Assembly: GCA_963702705.1 (NCBI GenBank) | Contig: CAVPDR010000001.1 | Coordinates: 100,821-164,820 of the forward strand | Length of the DNA: 64,000 bases | Direction: 5' to 3' | Origin: an uncultured Solirubrobacterales bacterium | GTDB taxonomy: Bacteria > Actinomycetota > Thermoleophilia > Solirubrobacterales > 70-9 | Notes under the pieces: generated by a model | The model's database searches: none | Told to the model about the DNA's origin: nothing | The model's input: the letters and a program-made list of their open reading frames with translations, nothing else | Shown here: piece after piece, positions 17,336 through 25,962 of the stretch | How the letters are laid out: each line of letters starts with the position of its first letter | Position numbering within the stretch: the first letter of the stretch is position 1 | Translations under genes and position numbers: made by a program

Positions 17336-18442
17336 TCACCGAGTCAGCTCCTCGTACAGCATCAGGGTCTGTCGGGCGATGGCGTCCCATGAGTAGGGGC
17401 CGGTGGCCGCCGCCCGAGCGGCGCTGGAGAGTCGCTCGCGAGCCTGCGGGTCGGCCGTCAGCTCGCCCAGCGCCGCAGCCAGGGCATCGGGGTCCTCGGG
17501 CGGGACGAGCCGCGCGGCGCCTGTCGCCGCTACCTCGGGGAAGCCGCCGACGCTGCTGAGCACCAACGGCTTGCCGAAGGCGAGGCCGGTGTAAAGGACC
17601 CCGGACTGCTCGGCGTCGCGATAGGGGAGGACGACGAGATCGGCGCGGCGGAAGATCGCCGGCAGCTCGGCGTCCTCGACGAAGCGGGTGAGGAAGCGGA
17701 CCCGGCCCGGGGCCTCGGCGGCGAGGCGGCGCAGCGGCTCGACCTCCATGCGCGGGTTGCCGACGATCCACAGCTCGGCGCCCCGCAACTCGCGAAAGGC
17801 GCACAGCAGAGTGTCGAGGCCCTTGTAGGGGCGGAGCAGGCCGAAGAAGAGGATCACCGGCCCCTCGGCGCCCTCCAGCTCGGCCGGCAGCGGCTTCTCC
17901 GCCGGCAGGCGGGTGAAGTAGTCGAAAGCGCCGTGGGGGATAACCCTGACCCGCGCCGGATCGACGCCGACCTCCTCGTGCAGACGGCCGGCACCGTGCT
18001 CGGAGTGGGCGATCACGGCATCCATCGCGCCGAACATCCGACGCGCGGTGGAGACCTGGCGCAGGCTCGGTGCCGGGGGCAGGACGTAATGCGCGGTCAT
18101 CACCCGGGGTCGCCGGGACGGCAGCAGGCGCGAGTCGATGGTCGGCATCGTCAGCCACTGGTAGTGGACGAGGTCGGCGTCGATCTCGCCGCGCAGTCGC
18201 CGCATGTCGGCGAGGTGCTCGGCCGCCTTGAAGGCGCGGCGGTAGGGCGCATCGAGGCCGCGAGCGGCGCTGCGGCGGTAGAAGAGCTCGCGCACCCGGT
18301 AACCCTCCGGCTCGGGCACCGGGCCGTAGAGGAAGCGGCTGGTCAGCAGCTCGACCTCGGCACCGGCCCGCGCCAGCGCCGCCGCGAGGGCGCGGTCGTA
18401 GGGAGGCGTGAAGGCCGAGGGGTCTACGAGCTGAACCCTCAT
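17336..18442 (-). CDS. family 1 (GT4-type) glycosyltransferase
   Basis: C-terminal half LVVLPYRDAEQSGVLYTGLAFGKPLVLSSVGGFPEV fits the GT-B glycosyltransferase pattern. Confidence 0.8.
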   Translation of the reverse strand: MRVQLVDPSAFTPPYDRALAAALARAGAEVELLTSRFLYGPVPEPEGYRVRELFYRRSAARGLDAPYRRAFKAAEHLADMRRLRGEIDADLVHYQWLTMPTIDSRLLPSRRPRVMTAHYVLPPAPSLRQVSTARRMFGAMDAVIAHSEHGAGRLHEEVGVDPARVRVIPHGAFDYFTRLPAEKPLPAELEGAEGPVILFFGLLRPYKGLDTLLCAFRELRGAELWIVGNPRMEVEPLRRLAAEAPGRVRFLTRFVEDAELPAIFRRADLVVLPYRDAEQSGVLYTGLAFGKPLVLSSVGGFPEVAATGAARLVPPEDPDALAAALGELTADPQARERLSSAARAAATGPYSWDAIARQTLMLYEELTR

Positions 18443-18459
18443 GCCCGCCGAGTTGTCCG

Positions 18460-19440
18460 GTGTCCGCTGAACAGTGGACGCCGATTATCGTGACCGCGGT
18501 GACGCCCACGCTCTCCTACTGCGTCGTGAACACGAACGGCCGCGAGTACCTGCTCGCCTGCCTCGAGGCGATCGAGCGCACCCATCCGGCCGGGGTCGAG
18601 CGCGAGATCCTCGTTCTCGACAACGCCTCGGACGACGGCTCGGTCGAGGCGGTACGCGAGCGCGACGGCGAGATCCACCTGATCGCACTCGAGCGCCGGA
18701 CGGGCAAGGCGGAGAACGACGCGACTCTGATGCGCGAGGCGGCGGGCAAGTACTGCCTGCTGCTCAACGAGGACTCCGAGCTGCGGCCGGGAGCGGCCGC
18801 GGCATTGGTTGCGGTGCTCGATGCCGATCCCAAAGCAGCTGCAGCGACGCCCCAGCTTCTCGACGCGGAAGGCGCTCCGGTCCCCTGCGCCTGGCGCTTC
18901 CCGGGGCTTGGTACTGCCCTTGCCGGCGCCCTATTCCTGCACCGCTGGCTGACCGTGCAGAGCAAGGGCAGTGCCACGCGCCGGGTCGACTGGGCGCAGT
19001 CAAGCGCCCTGCTGGTCCGCCGCGAGGCCGCCGCCGAGGTCGGCTACATGGACCCGGACTTCTTCGTCTACTACGACGAGTGCGACTTCGCCAAGCGCCT
19101 CGCCGATGCCGGCTGGCACAGCCTCTTCGTCCCGGCGGCCGAGGCGATCCACCACGACCAACTCTCGACCGACCTGACCAAGGGCCTGCCCCGGATCGTC
19201 GAATTCCACCGCAACCGCGACCTCTATATGCGCAAGCACCATGGACGAGCGGCGGCTCTGGCAGTGCGCGTCCTCACTGCCTGGTCATACATGGTCCGCT
19301 CCCTGGCGGCGACCTTCTTGCCGAGACAACCAGCAGGCGCCTACTGGGCGCACGCTCGCCAGGCTCTTCTACCGGGGCAGGGCAAAAGTATTCGGGACCG
19401 GGTGGTAGGACGGGACGATCCGGGTAGGGGTTCCACTTAA
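18460..19440 (+). CDS. family 2 glycosyltransferase
   Basis: LSYCVVNTNGREYLLACLEAI ... ILVLDNASDDGSVEAV ... LLLNEDSEL. The last ~10 codons and the TAA stop lie in repeat copy A. Confidence 0.85.
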   Translation: MSAEQWTPIIVTAVTPTLSYCVVNTNGREYLLACLEAIERTHPAGVEREILVLDNASDDGSVEAVRERDGEIHLIALERRTGKAENDATLMREAAGKYCLLLNEDSELRPGAAAALVAVLDADPKAAAATPQLLDAEGAPVPCAWRFPGLGTALAGALFLHRWLTVQSKGSATRRVDWAQSSALLVRREAAAEVGYMDPDFFVYYDECDFAKRLADAGWHSLFVPAAEAIHHDQLSTDLTKGLPRIVEFHRNRDLYMRKHHGRAAALAVRVLTAWSYMVRSLAATFLPRQPAGAYWAHARQALLPGQGKSIRDRVVGRDDPGRGST

Positions 19441-19528
19441 CTTTTTGGATCGAGACGTGGCTGCTGGCGCCTCAAGGTGGACGCCCAAAAAGTACAAGAC
19501 GTTCCACCCCTACCCGGATCGTCCCGTC
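19409..19528 (+). repeat. family-2 nested-hairpin repeat, copy A
   Basis: 23-bp complementary outer arms (19409-19431 / 19506-19528). They enclose TTCCACTTAACTTTTTGG ... CCAAAAAGTACAAGACGTTCCAC. It fills the whole convergent gap between the GT2 and flippase genes. Confidence 0.85.
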
Positions 19529-21068
19529 ACAGGCGCGCGTCGTCGTCCATTTGCTCTACCTCGTAGGTCTCGGGAACGCTGCCGTCGACACCCGCTGCAA
19601 CGGGACGTAGTGAGCGCAGCTGGGCTGTCAATACGCCCGGTTGGCGCAAACGGGCTAGCCAACTCCGCTCGCCCGAGGTGAAGAAGCCCGTGGCGAGCAG
19701 GGCGAGTGGGTAGGTGAGCCAAAGCGCGGTACGGGCTATGAGGCCGAGGAAGCCCTCGGTTGGTAGCAATAGCTCCCCCGAGAGGACCAGGCCAGCGCTG
19801 ATCGCAATCACCCTCGCCAGGCGGCTCCATTCGTAGGGGACGGGGAAGAGGCGCTGGGTGAAGCCGTACATCAGCGCCAGCACGACCAGGTAGGAGGCGA
19901 CGAGGGCGATGCCGGCGCCGACGATGCCGAGCGGCGGGACCAGGATCAGGTTGAGGGCGATGTTGGCGGCGAGGGCGGCGAGGGTCGCGGGGAAGTTGAA
20001 CTCGGTGCGGCCCGTCCGGCCGAGGATCACGACCAGGACCATGTAGAGGGCGTAGAGGGTGACCCCGGTCGCGACCAGGCCGATCGCCTTGTAGGAGCCG
20101 AAGAATTCCGGCGCCGCGAGGGCGCGGACGATCCAGCGCGAGAGCAGCCAGAGGCCGACGACGACGAAGGCGCAGCCGGTGACGAACCAGGTGACGACGG
20201 CGGCGTAGGTGCGGCGGGCTTCGTCGTCGTCGCGGATCGAGTAGGCGAGCGGCGGCCAGGCGAGCTGGAAGCCGCGGACGAGCACGTTGACGCCCTGGGC
20301 GAACTTGACCGCGAGCGAGTAGAGGCCGACCGCGGTGGCACCGGCAGTGCGGATGATGATGATCCGGTCGACGAAATTGAGCCCGTAGAGCGAGAGCTCG
20401 GCCGGCATCGTCGGCAGGCCGAAACGCATCAGCCGGCGCAGCAGGGGGCGCTCGAAGCGCAGCGAGAGACGGCGCCGGTGGACCCAGATCAGGCCGAGAA
20501 CGAAGGCGGCGCCGCTGACGTAGCTGCCGAGCAGCAGGCCGCGAGCGCCCTCCCCAGCGCCGACGACGAGGATCACGGTCAGCCCGATCGCCGAGAGCAC
20601 GCTGAGCATCGTCGTTACGAAGAAGGCGCGGGCGCGCTCCTCGAGCCGGAAGAGGGTGAGCAGGTACTCGAACATGGTCGAGACCCAGAGGCCGCCGACG
20701 GCGATCCGGCCCAGATCCGGGGCCGACTTGTTGAGTAGCAGTTCGGAGATCGGTTCGGCGAAGGGCAGGGCGATCAGGGTGGCCGCGGTGGCGACCCAGA
20801 ACAGAGCGGCGAAGGAGGTGGCGACGACGCGGGTCGGGTCCTCCTCGTCCTTGTAGTAGAAGCGCAGCAATGCCTCGATCAGGCCGAGGCGGACGACGAT
20901 GCTGGCGGTGATGATCGCGGCGAAGATGACTTCGGCGTGGCCGTAGTCGGCAGGCGTCAGATACCGCGTGTAGAGCGGCAGCAACGCGACTGCGATCAGC
21001 TTCGAGACGATGCTCGCCGCCGTGTAGGCGGCGCCAGTCGTCGCTAGGCGGCGGAGGTATCCGGACAC
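19527..21068 (-). CDS. polysaccharide flippase (Wzx/MOP-type)
   Basis: 513 aa, about 12-14 TM segments, with the typical N-terminus AYTAASIVSKLIAVALLPLYTRYLTPADYG. Confidence 0.8.
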   Translation of the reverse strand: MSGYLRRLATTGAAYTAASIVSKLIAVALLPLYTRYLTPADYGHAEVIFAAIITASIVVRLGLIEALLRFYYKDEEDPTRVVATSFAALFWVATAATLIALPFAEPISELLLNKSAPDLGRIAVGGLWVSTMFEYLLTLFRLEERARAFFVTTMLSVLSAIGLTVILVVGAGEGARGLLLGSYVSGAAFVLGLIWVHRRRLSLRFERPLLRRLMRFGLPTMPAELSLYGLNFVDRIIIIRTAGATAVGLYSLAVKFAQGVNVLVRGFQLAWPPLAYSIRDDDEARRTYAAVVTWFVTGCAFVVVGLWLLSRWIVRALAAPEFFGSYKAIGLVATGVTLYALYMVLVVILGRTGRTEFNFPATLAALAANIALNLILVPPLGIVGAGIALVASYLVVLALMYGFTQRLFPVPYEWSRLARVIAISAGLVLSGELLLPTEGFLGLIARTALWLTYPLALLATGFFTSGERSWLARLRQPGVLTAQLRSLRPVAAGVDGSVPETYEVEQMDDDARL

Positions 21069-22720
21069 GGCTCGACCCTACGTTGCTGGGCGGCCGCGAG
21101 CGAAGCCCCGACTGCTAGCAGCACCCAGGTGATCGGATCCTCGAAGAACCCTGCGTAGGCCATCGTGTGCACCAACAAAGCTACGAAGACGGCGAGGACG
21201 GCTGCTCTTCCAACCAGCAGGCTTATTGGCAAAGGTCCCGACTTGGCGTGCTCTCCGGTGGGTGGCGTGGGGTGAGGGGGGTCGAGGACGGACCGTGGCC
21301 CGCCCGCAGGCCCCCCTCGCCCCGCGACAGGACCCGCCGGCCAGAAGCGCCACAAGCCAGCCGCCATTGTCCATAGGGCTGTCGCGACCAGAGCTAGGTA
21401 AGCGGCTACGCCGATGATGCCCTGCTCGGCTGCGATTGTTATTGGCTCGGTGTGCGAGACGGAGACTGGGGCTTTGTGCGTCTGTACGTGCTCGCGGTAG
21501 GCCTTGGGAAAGCTTCCCGATCCGTAGCCATAGACGGGGCGCTGGGCGAATAGGTGGATGCCACCGGAGACCAGATTTGCTCGGCCGCTGGTGTCGATGT
21601 TGATGCGGTCGAGACTGGCTCTTCCGCCGGTGAACAGGACCACGAGGATGCCGAGGACGGCGAAGGCTCCAACGGCAACGAGGGTCCAGCGCAAGCTCCA
21701 CTTCAGAGCCGCCAGCACGGCCATGCCGGCGAGCAGCGCCGCGAAGCTGGACTGCGAGAAGGTCGGGAAGAGCCCGAGCCAGAGCACCAAGACGAGTGCC
21801 GTCAGCAGGCCCAACGTTTTGCGTTCACGGGCCCATAGCAGGGCCGACATCGCGACCACAGCCACCAGCGCCAAATACCGCCCGTAGATATTCGGATCCC
21901 AGAACACCGAATTCACCCGGAAGTACGTGTGGAATTCGTTCGACCGGATCACCTGGTCGTTCCAGAACAAGCTGCGGCTGAAGTACTCCACTGAACCGAC
22001 AACGACAAAGCAAACGGCCTCCACAGCAACCACCCAGAGGACCAAGGTCAAAAGCTTCTTGTCCCAGTTGACGTCCCGCAGCAACCCATAGACCAGACTG
22101 AACGGTACGAAGAAGAAGCAAACGTTCTGCAGTCCCTTGGAGAAGTCCGGCGAATACAGCACCTGCAGCGCATAGAGAAGGACGAACGCGGCCAGGACGT
22201 ATGGCAGCAGCGAGGGGGGGTCGATTCGGGGGCGGCGTCCTGTTTTTCGCACAGACCGCTCAGCGAGAGCCGCCCGGCGCCAGGCGAAAAACCCAGCCCC
22301 CGGATCGACCCCCCCTCGCTGCTGCCACTCACCAAACGCCAAGGAGAGAACCCCCCCAGCGATCACCAGGTAAAGAGGCACCAGTAGGTTCGCCGTGTCG
22401 CCGCCAGCATGCAGGGGGACCCGAAACGGCAGCACGAAGACGATCGCCAGCGGCAGCAGAATCGGCCAGCGCCTGAAGACGTAAGCGAAGGCCACGGCCG
22501 CCGCGACCCCGACCACACCCAGCGCCACCAGCCGCGAGGTGTGATCCCGCAGATCGACGATCTGGTGCGAGTGCCACTGGTCGCCGAGGATCAAGGCCGG
22601 GAAGAGGGCGAGCGCGATGAGCATCGCCAGCGCGCGCGGGCGGGCCGCCGGAAGCAGGATCACGCCGGCCGATGCCACGGCAGCGACAACGACACCTGCT
22701 GCCGCCAGGACGTCGCTCAA
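21044..22720 (-). CDS. O-antigen ligase / polymerase-like (Wzy_C-type) membrane protein
   Basis: Polytopic protein with FWDPNIYGRYLALVAVVA and SQSSFAALLAG ... SHTEPITIAAEQG segments typical of the family. It carries two palindromic inserts in frame. Confidence 0.7.
   Translation of the reverse strand: MSDVLAAAGVVVAAVASAGVILLPAARPRALAMLIALALFPALILGDQWHSHQIVDLRDHTSRLVALGVVGVAAAVAFAYVFRRWPILLPLAIVFVLPFRVPLHAGGDTANLLVPLYLVIAGGVLSLAFGEWQQRGGVDPGAGFFAWRRAALAERSVRKTGRRPRIDPPSLLPYVLAAFVLLYALQVLYSPDFSKGLQNVCFFFVPFSLVYGLLRDVNWDKKLLTLVLWVVAVEAVCFVVVGSVEYFSRSLFWNDQVIRSNEFHTYFRVNSVFWDPNIYGRYLALVAVVAMSALLWARERKTLGLLTALVLVLWLGLFPTFSQSSFAALLAGMAVLAALKWSLRWTLVAVGAFAVLGILVVLFTGGRASLDRINIDTSGRANLVSGGIHLFAQRPVYGYGSGSFPKAYREHVQTHKAPVSVSHTEPITIAAEQGIIGVAAYLALVATALWTMAAGLWRFWPAGPVAGRGGPAGGPRSVLDPPHPTPPTGEHAKSGPLPISLLVGRAAVLAVFVALLVHTMAYAGFFEDPITWVLLAVGASLAAAQQRRVEPCPDTSAA
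21269..21323. repeat. short G-run palindrome inside the Wzy-like CDS
   Basis: GGGGTGAGGGGGG (21269-21281) pairs with CCCCCCTCGCCCC (21311-21323) with one G-T position. The GAGGGGGGTCGA word is shared with the repeat at 22202. Confidence 0.6.
22202..22327 (-). repeat. family-2-like nested-hairpin repeat, copy D, in frame inside the Wzy-like CDS
   Basis: 31-32-bp arms GGCAGCAGCGAGGGGGGGTCGATTCGGGGGC / GCCCCCGGATCGACCCCCCCTCGCTGCTGCC with 1 mismatch. Inner stem GTTTTTCGC/GCGAAAAAC. On the minus strand it reads CGAAAAACAGGACGCC, resembling CGAAAAAGTACAAGACGC of copies A and B. Length 126 bp = 42 codons. Confidence 0.75.
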
Positions 22721-23220
22721 CCTTTACTCCCGGCAGCTTCAGGCTGACAGTGCGGCGTCGGGTTGCGCTTCGCATGATGCAACCTGATCGTCCCCGGCGG
22801 CACCAGCGTCCGTTCCTGGCCCAGCAGTTTCACCCGCAGCTTGTAGCGGCCGGGCGGCGCGATCCCGTCATTACGAGTGCGGCCGTCCCAGTAGAAGGTG
22901 TGGAAGTGGTAGCGCTTGAGGTAGGCGTCGCGTGCGAGGGTGACGATCAGCTTGCCCCCGGGCTTTACCACTTGGACGTTGCCGCGGTCAGACTGGGTGG
23001 TGCGGAAGCGGATTCGCATCCGGTCGTAGCGACAGTCGCCGTTGGGAGTGAATCTGTCCACCGGGTTTTTCGGGTGGAGAATGGGAACCGCGACCATGCT
23101 GACCTTGTCCAGCACAAGCGGGTCGCGCTTCAGTCGCTGCGACCAGGCGAAGGCGGCAACCGTGGCGAGGACGAGGAGGGCGAAGACCAGGCCGGCCCAG
23201 CTAGCCCGAGGCCGCGGCAT
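22717..23220 (-). CDS. membrane-anchored protein with a FlgD-Ig-like beta-sandwich
   Basis: N-terminal anchor AGLVFALLVLATVAAFAW. YHFHTFYWDGRTRNDGIAPPGRYKLRVKL resembles FlgD Ig-like domains. Confidence 0.45.
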   Translation of the reverse strand: MPRPRASWAGLVFALLVLATVAAFAWSQRLKRDPLVLDKVSMVAVPILHPKNPVDRFTPNGDCRYDRMRIRFRTTQSDRGNVQVVKPGGKLIVTLARDAYLKRYHFHTFYWDGRTRNDGIAPPGRYKLRVKLLGQERTLVPPGTIRLHHAKRNPTPHCQPEAAGSKG

Positions 23221-23971
23221 TGTCCTCGCCAACGATCACCACGACCGGCGCGCCGCCGGCGACCGAGGCGATGTCGGTGCTCATCAGCCGCACGTCCGAG
23301 ATCCCCAGCACGGAGGCGACGCGGCGTGCCTCGGGCGCGTGACCGCGCCTGAACATGACGACGCTTTCGGTGAAGCTTCTGGCGCTGTTGGTGACGGCGC
23401 CGAGCTGGAAGCCCTTGCCCTCGACCTTGTCGCCGTAGGTGGCGGCGAGGCCCGGCACCGCGGTCCCGTTCAGCACCGTCACTTCGATCTCGCTCGGCTT
23501 CAGCGCCGCCGCGGACCTGCCCTGGCCGCCCTTGCCGTCGGCGCTGTCAGAACCCTGGGTGACGAGGTAGGCCGCGCCGCCGGCGACGAGGACGAGGACG
23601 GCGAAGATCGCGACCAGGTAGCGCGGCTCGGCGAGCCGCGCGCCAAAGCCGGAGAAGCGCTCGCCGACGCGCTCGCGCCGGGTCAGTTCCGGCAGCCCCG
23701 CCTCGCGCCGCCGTCGTCGCTCCTCGCGCTGGTCAAGCGCGGCGCGCTCGGCCGTCCGTGATTCCTCGAGCTCGCGCAGCTCCTCGGCGCGCTTGGCGGC
23801 GACCGCCGAGGTCGACTCCTTGCGCTCGGCGTCGCGCTCGGGAGCCGAGCCGGCCCACTCGCGCAGGCGGCGGATGTCGCGCGCCTGGGAGAAGGCGAGC
23901 ATGGCAAGCAGGGCAAGGCCGATGAACGCAGCCAGGCCTGCAAAGGCGCCGATTTGTTCGAGCAGCTGCAC
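23201..23971 (-). CDS. LytR C-terminal domain-containing membrane protein
   Basis: VTVLNGTAVPGLAATYGDKVEGKGFQLGAVTNSARSFTESVVMFRRGHAPEARRVASVLG is the LytR_C pattern. Two TM segments and a charged coiled region. Confidence 0.7.
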   Translation of the reverse strand: MQLLEQIGAFAGLAAFIGLALLAMLAFSQARDIRRLREWAGSAPERDAERKESTSAVAAKRAEELRELEESRTAERAALDQREERRRRREAGLPELTRRERVGERFSGFGARLAEPRYLVAIFAVLVLVAGGAAYLVTQGSDSADGKGGQGRSAAALKPSEIEVTVLNGTAVPGLAATYGDKVEGKGFQLGAVTNSARSFTESVVMFRRGHAPEARRVASVLGISDVRLMSTDIASVAGGAPVVVIVGEDNAAASG

Positions 23972-23988
23972 GGAGGGGCTGCGAGAGG

Positions 23989-25875
23989 CTACTCGTCGTG
24001 GAGGACTGCCGCCGCGTCGCCCCCCGGGGCGGTGATCATCTCGACCACGCGCTGGGCCAGGTTGGCCTCGTCACCGGCCAGCACCAGGTGCTCGAGCGAG
24101 TTCAGCGTCGCCTCGATCCACTCGGGGTCGAGCGGAGTTTCGCGCACGGCGCGCTGGATCCGCCGCGCCGCGGTTGGCTGGGCGCTCTCGGCGAAGCCGA
24201 AGAGCTCCTCGTGCAGCTTCTCCCCGGCCCGCGGCTTGGTGAACTCGATCGCGATGTCGGTTTCCGGCTCGTAGCCAGCAAGCCGGATCATGTTGTGGGC
24301 GAGGTCGACGATCCGCACCGGCTCGCCCATGTCGAGGACGAAGACCTCGCCCTTGCCGGCGCCGATGTCCCCCGCCCGGATCACCATCTGCACCGCCTCG
24401 GGGATCGTCATGAAGTAGCGCGTCATCTCCGGGTGGGTGACGGTGACCGGGCCGCCGCGCTCGATCTGGTTGCGGAAAATCGGCACGACGCTGCCCGAGG
24501 AAGCGAGCACATTGCCGAAGCGGACGCTGGCGAAGCGGGTCCCCGGGTGCTTGTTGCCGGCCGACTCGACGATCCACTCGGCCATCGCCTTCGAGGCGCC
24601 CATCACGGTTTTCGGGTTGACCGCCTTGTCGGTCGAGATCAACACGAAGCGCTCGACGTCGGAGGCAGCAGCGGTCTCGGCCGTGATCCGGGTCGCGATC
24701 GCGTTGTTGCGCACCGCCTCCAGCGGGTTGGCCTCCATCAGCGGCACGTGCTTGTAGGCGGCCGCGTGGAAGACGACGCTGGGCTTGAAGCGCTGCATCA
24801 CCTCCAGCATCCGGCCCGGCTCCTTGCAATCGGCGAGCACAGCCTCGACGTTGGTGAAGTGGCGCTCCTCGACCATCTCGCGGTCGATTTGGAAGAGGTT
24901 GTCCTCGGCGTGGTCGAGCATCACCAGCAGCCGCGGTTTGACCTGGGCGATCTGGCGGCAGAGCTCGGAGCCGATCGAGCCGCCGGCGCCGGTGACGAGG
25001 ACGATGCGGTCGCGCAGGTAGGCGCCGACGCGGTCGAGCTCGCGCACGATCGGGTCGCGGCCGAGCACGTCCTCGACGCGCACCTCGCGCAGCTGCTTGT
25101 TGAGCTGGACGCCGCCGCGCAGCAGCTCGAACACCGTCGGCAGCGTGCGCACGCCGATCTCGCGCTCGCGGCAGGCGGCGACGACCTTGGCCCGCAGCGT
25201 CCCCGGCGCCGAGGGGATCGCGATCACGACCTCGTCGGGCCGGGTCTCATCGAGGATCGCCTCGATCTTCTTGGTCGATCCGAGCACCTTGAGGCCGAGC
25301 ATCCGCATGCCCCGCTTGCGCGGGTCGTCGTCAACGAAGCCGATCGCGGTGGCGCCGAGGTCGGGGTTGAGCTGCAGCTCGCGGACGACCATCTGGCCGC
25401 CGGAGCCGGCGCCGATCACCAGCACCTCGTGCTTGGGCAGGCGGCCGGCGCGCGAGGGTCGCTCGACGATCAGCCGCACCGCGAGGCGGGCGCCGGCGAT
25501 CAGCATCAGGGTGAGGATGAAGTCCATCACCGCGACCGAGCGCGGCAGGTTGTGGGCGAAGGGCCGCAGTACGGTGAAGGCGACGACGAGGATCGCGCTG
25601 GAGACGGCGACGGCGCGGACGATCAGCAGGAAGTCGCGGCCGCTGACGTAGCGCCACCACTTCTGGTAGAGCCCGAAGGCGGAGAAGACGATCAGCTTGC
25701 CGGCGATGACGAAGCCGACCGACTGCGCGAAGAGGACCCAGTAGCGGTGCGGGAGACCGCTCTGGTCGAGGAAGCGCAGCCGGAACGCCAGGTAGAAGGA
25801 AAGGCCGACGAGGACTCCGTCAGCGGCCATCTGGAGAACCCGGTTGCGATAGACGGGATGGTTCAAGCGGTGCAT
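23989..25875 (-). CDS. polysaccharide biosynthesis protein, CapD/WbpM/PglF-like membrane NDP-sugar 4,6-dehydratase
   Basis: Four N-terminal TM segments, then VLVIGAGSGGQ and VLVTGAGGSIGSELCRQI Rossmann motifs. The ATG at 25875 (MHRLNHP) is preferred to the ORF-track start at 26322. Confidence 0.85.
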   Translation of the reverse strand: MHRLNHPVYRNRVLQMAADGVLVGLSFYLAFRLRFLDQSGLPHRYWVLFAQSVGFVIAGKLIVFSAFGLYQKWWRYVSGRDFLLIVRAVAVSSAILVVAFTVLRPFAHNLPRSVAVMDFILTLMLIAGARLAVRLIVERPSRAGRLPKHEVLVIGAGSGGQMVVRELQLNPDLGATAIGFVDDDPRKRGMRMLGLKVLGSTKKIEAILDETRPDEVVIAIPSAPGTLRAKVVAACREREIGVRTLPTVFELLRGGVQLNKQLREVRVEDVLGRDPIVRELDRVGAYLRDRIVLVTGAGGSIGSELCRQIAQVKPRLLVMLDHAEDNLFQIDREMVEERHFTNVEAVLADCKEPGRMLEVMQRFKPSVVFHAAAYKHVPLMEANPLEAVRNNAIATRITAETAAASDVERFVLISTDKAVNPKTVMGASKAMAEWIVESAGNKHPGTRFASVRFGNVLASSGSVVPIFRNQIERGGPVTVTHPEMTRYFMTIPEAVQMVIRAGDIGAGKGEVFVLDMGEPVRIVDLAHNMIRLAGYEPETDIAIEFTKPRAGEKLHEELFGFAESAQPTAARRIQRAVRETPLDPEWIEATLNSLEHLVLAGDEANLAQRVVEMITAPGGDAAAVLHDE

Positions 25876-25962
25876 AGGAGGCCGGCCGAGTCTAGTCGCT
25901 AGGGGCCGAAAGTCGTGCTTTGAAGGGCGTTTGAACCCCCGTGCCCCGGCTCTACCCCTACG

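Noticed and set aside
17277-18509. 410-aa minus-strand ORF overlapping the GT4 gene in another frame
   Set aside because: It is extremely Arg/Pro/Gly-rich. The 368-aa frame carries the glycosyltransferase motifs.
23998-25902. 634-aa plus-strand ORF
   Set aside because: It is antisense to the CapD-like dehydratase gene. It has no recognisable motifs and a shadow-ORF composition.
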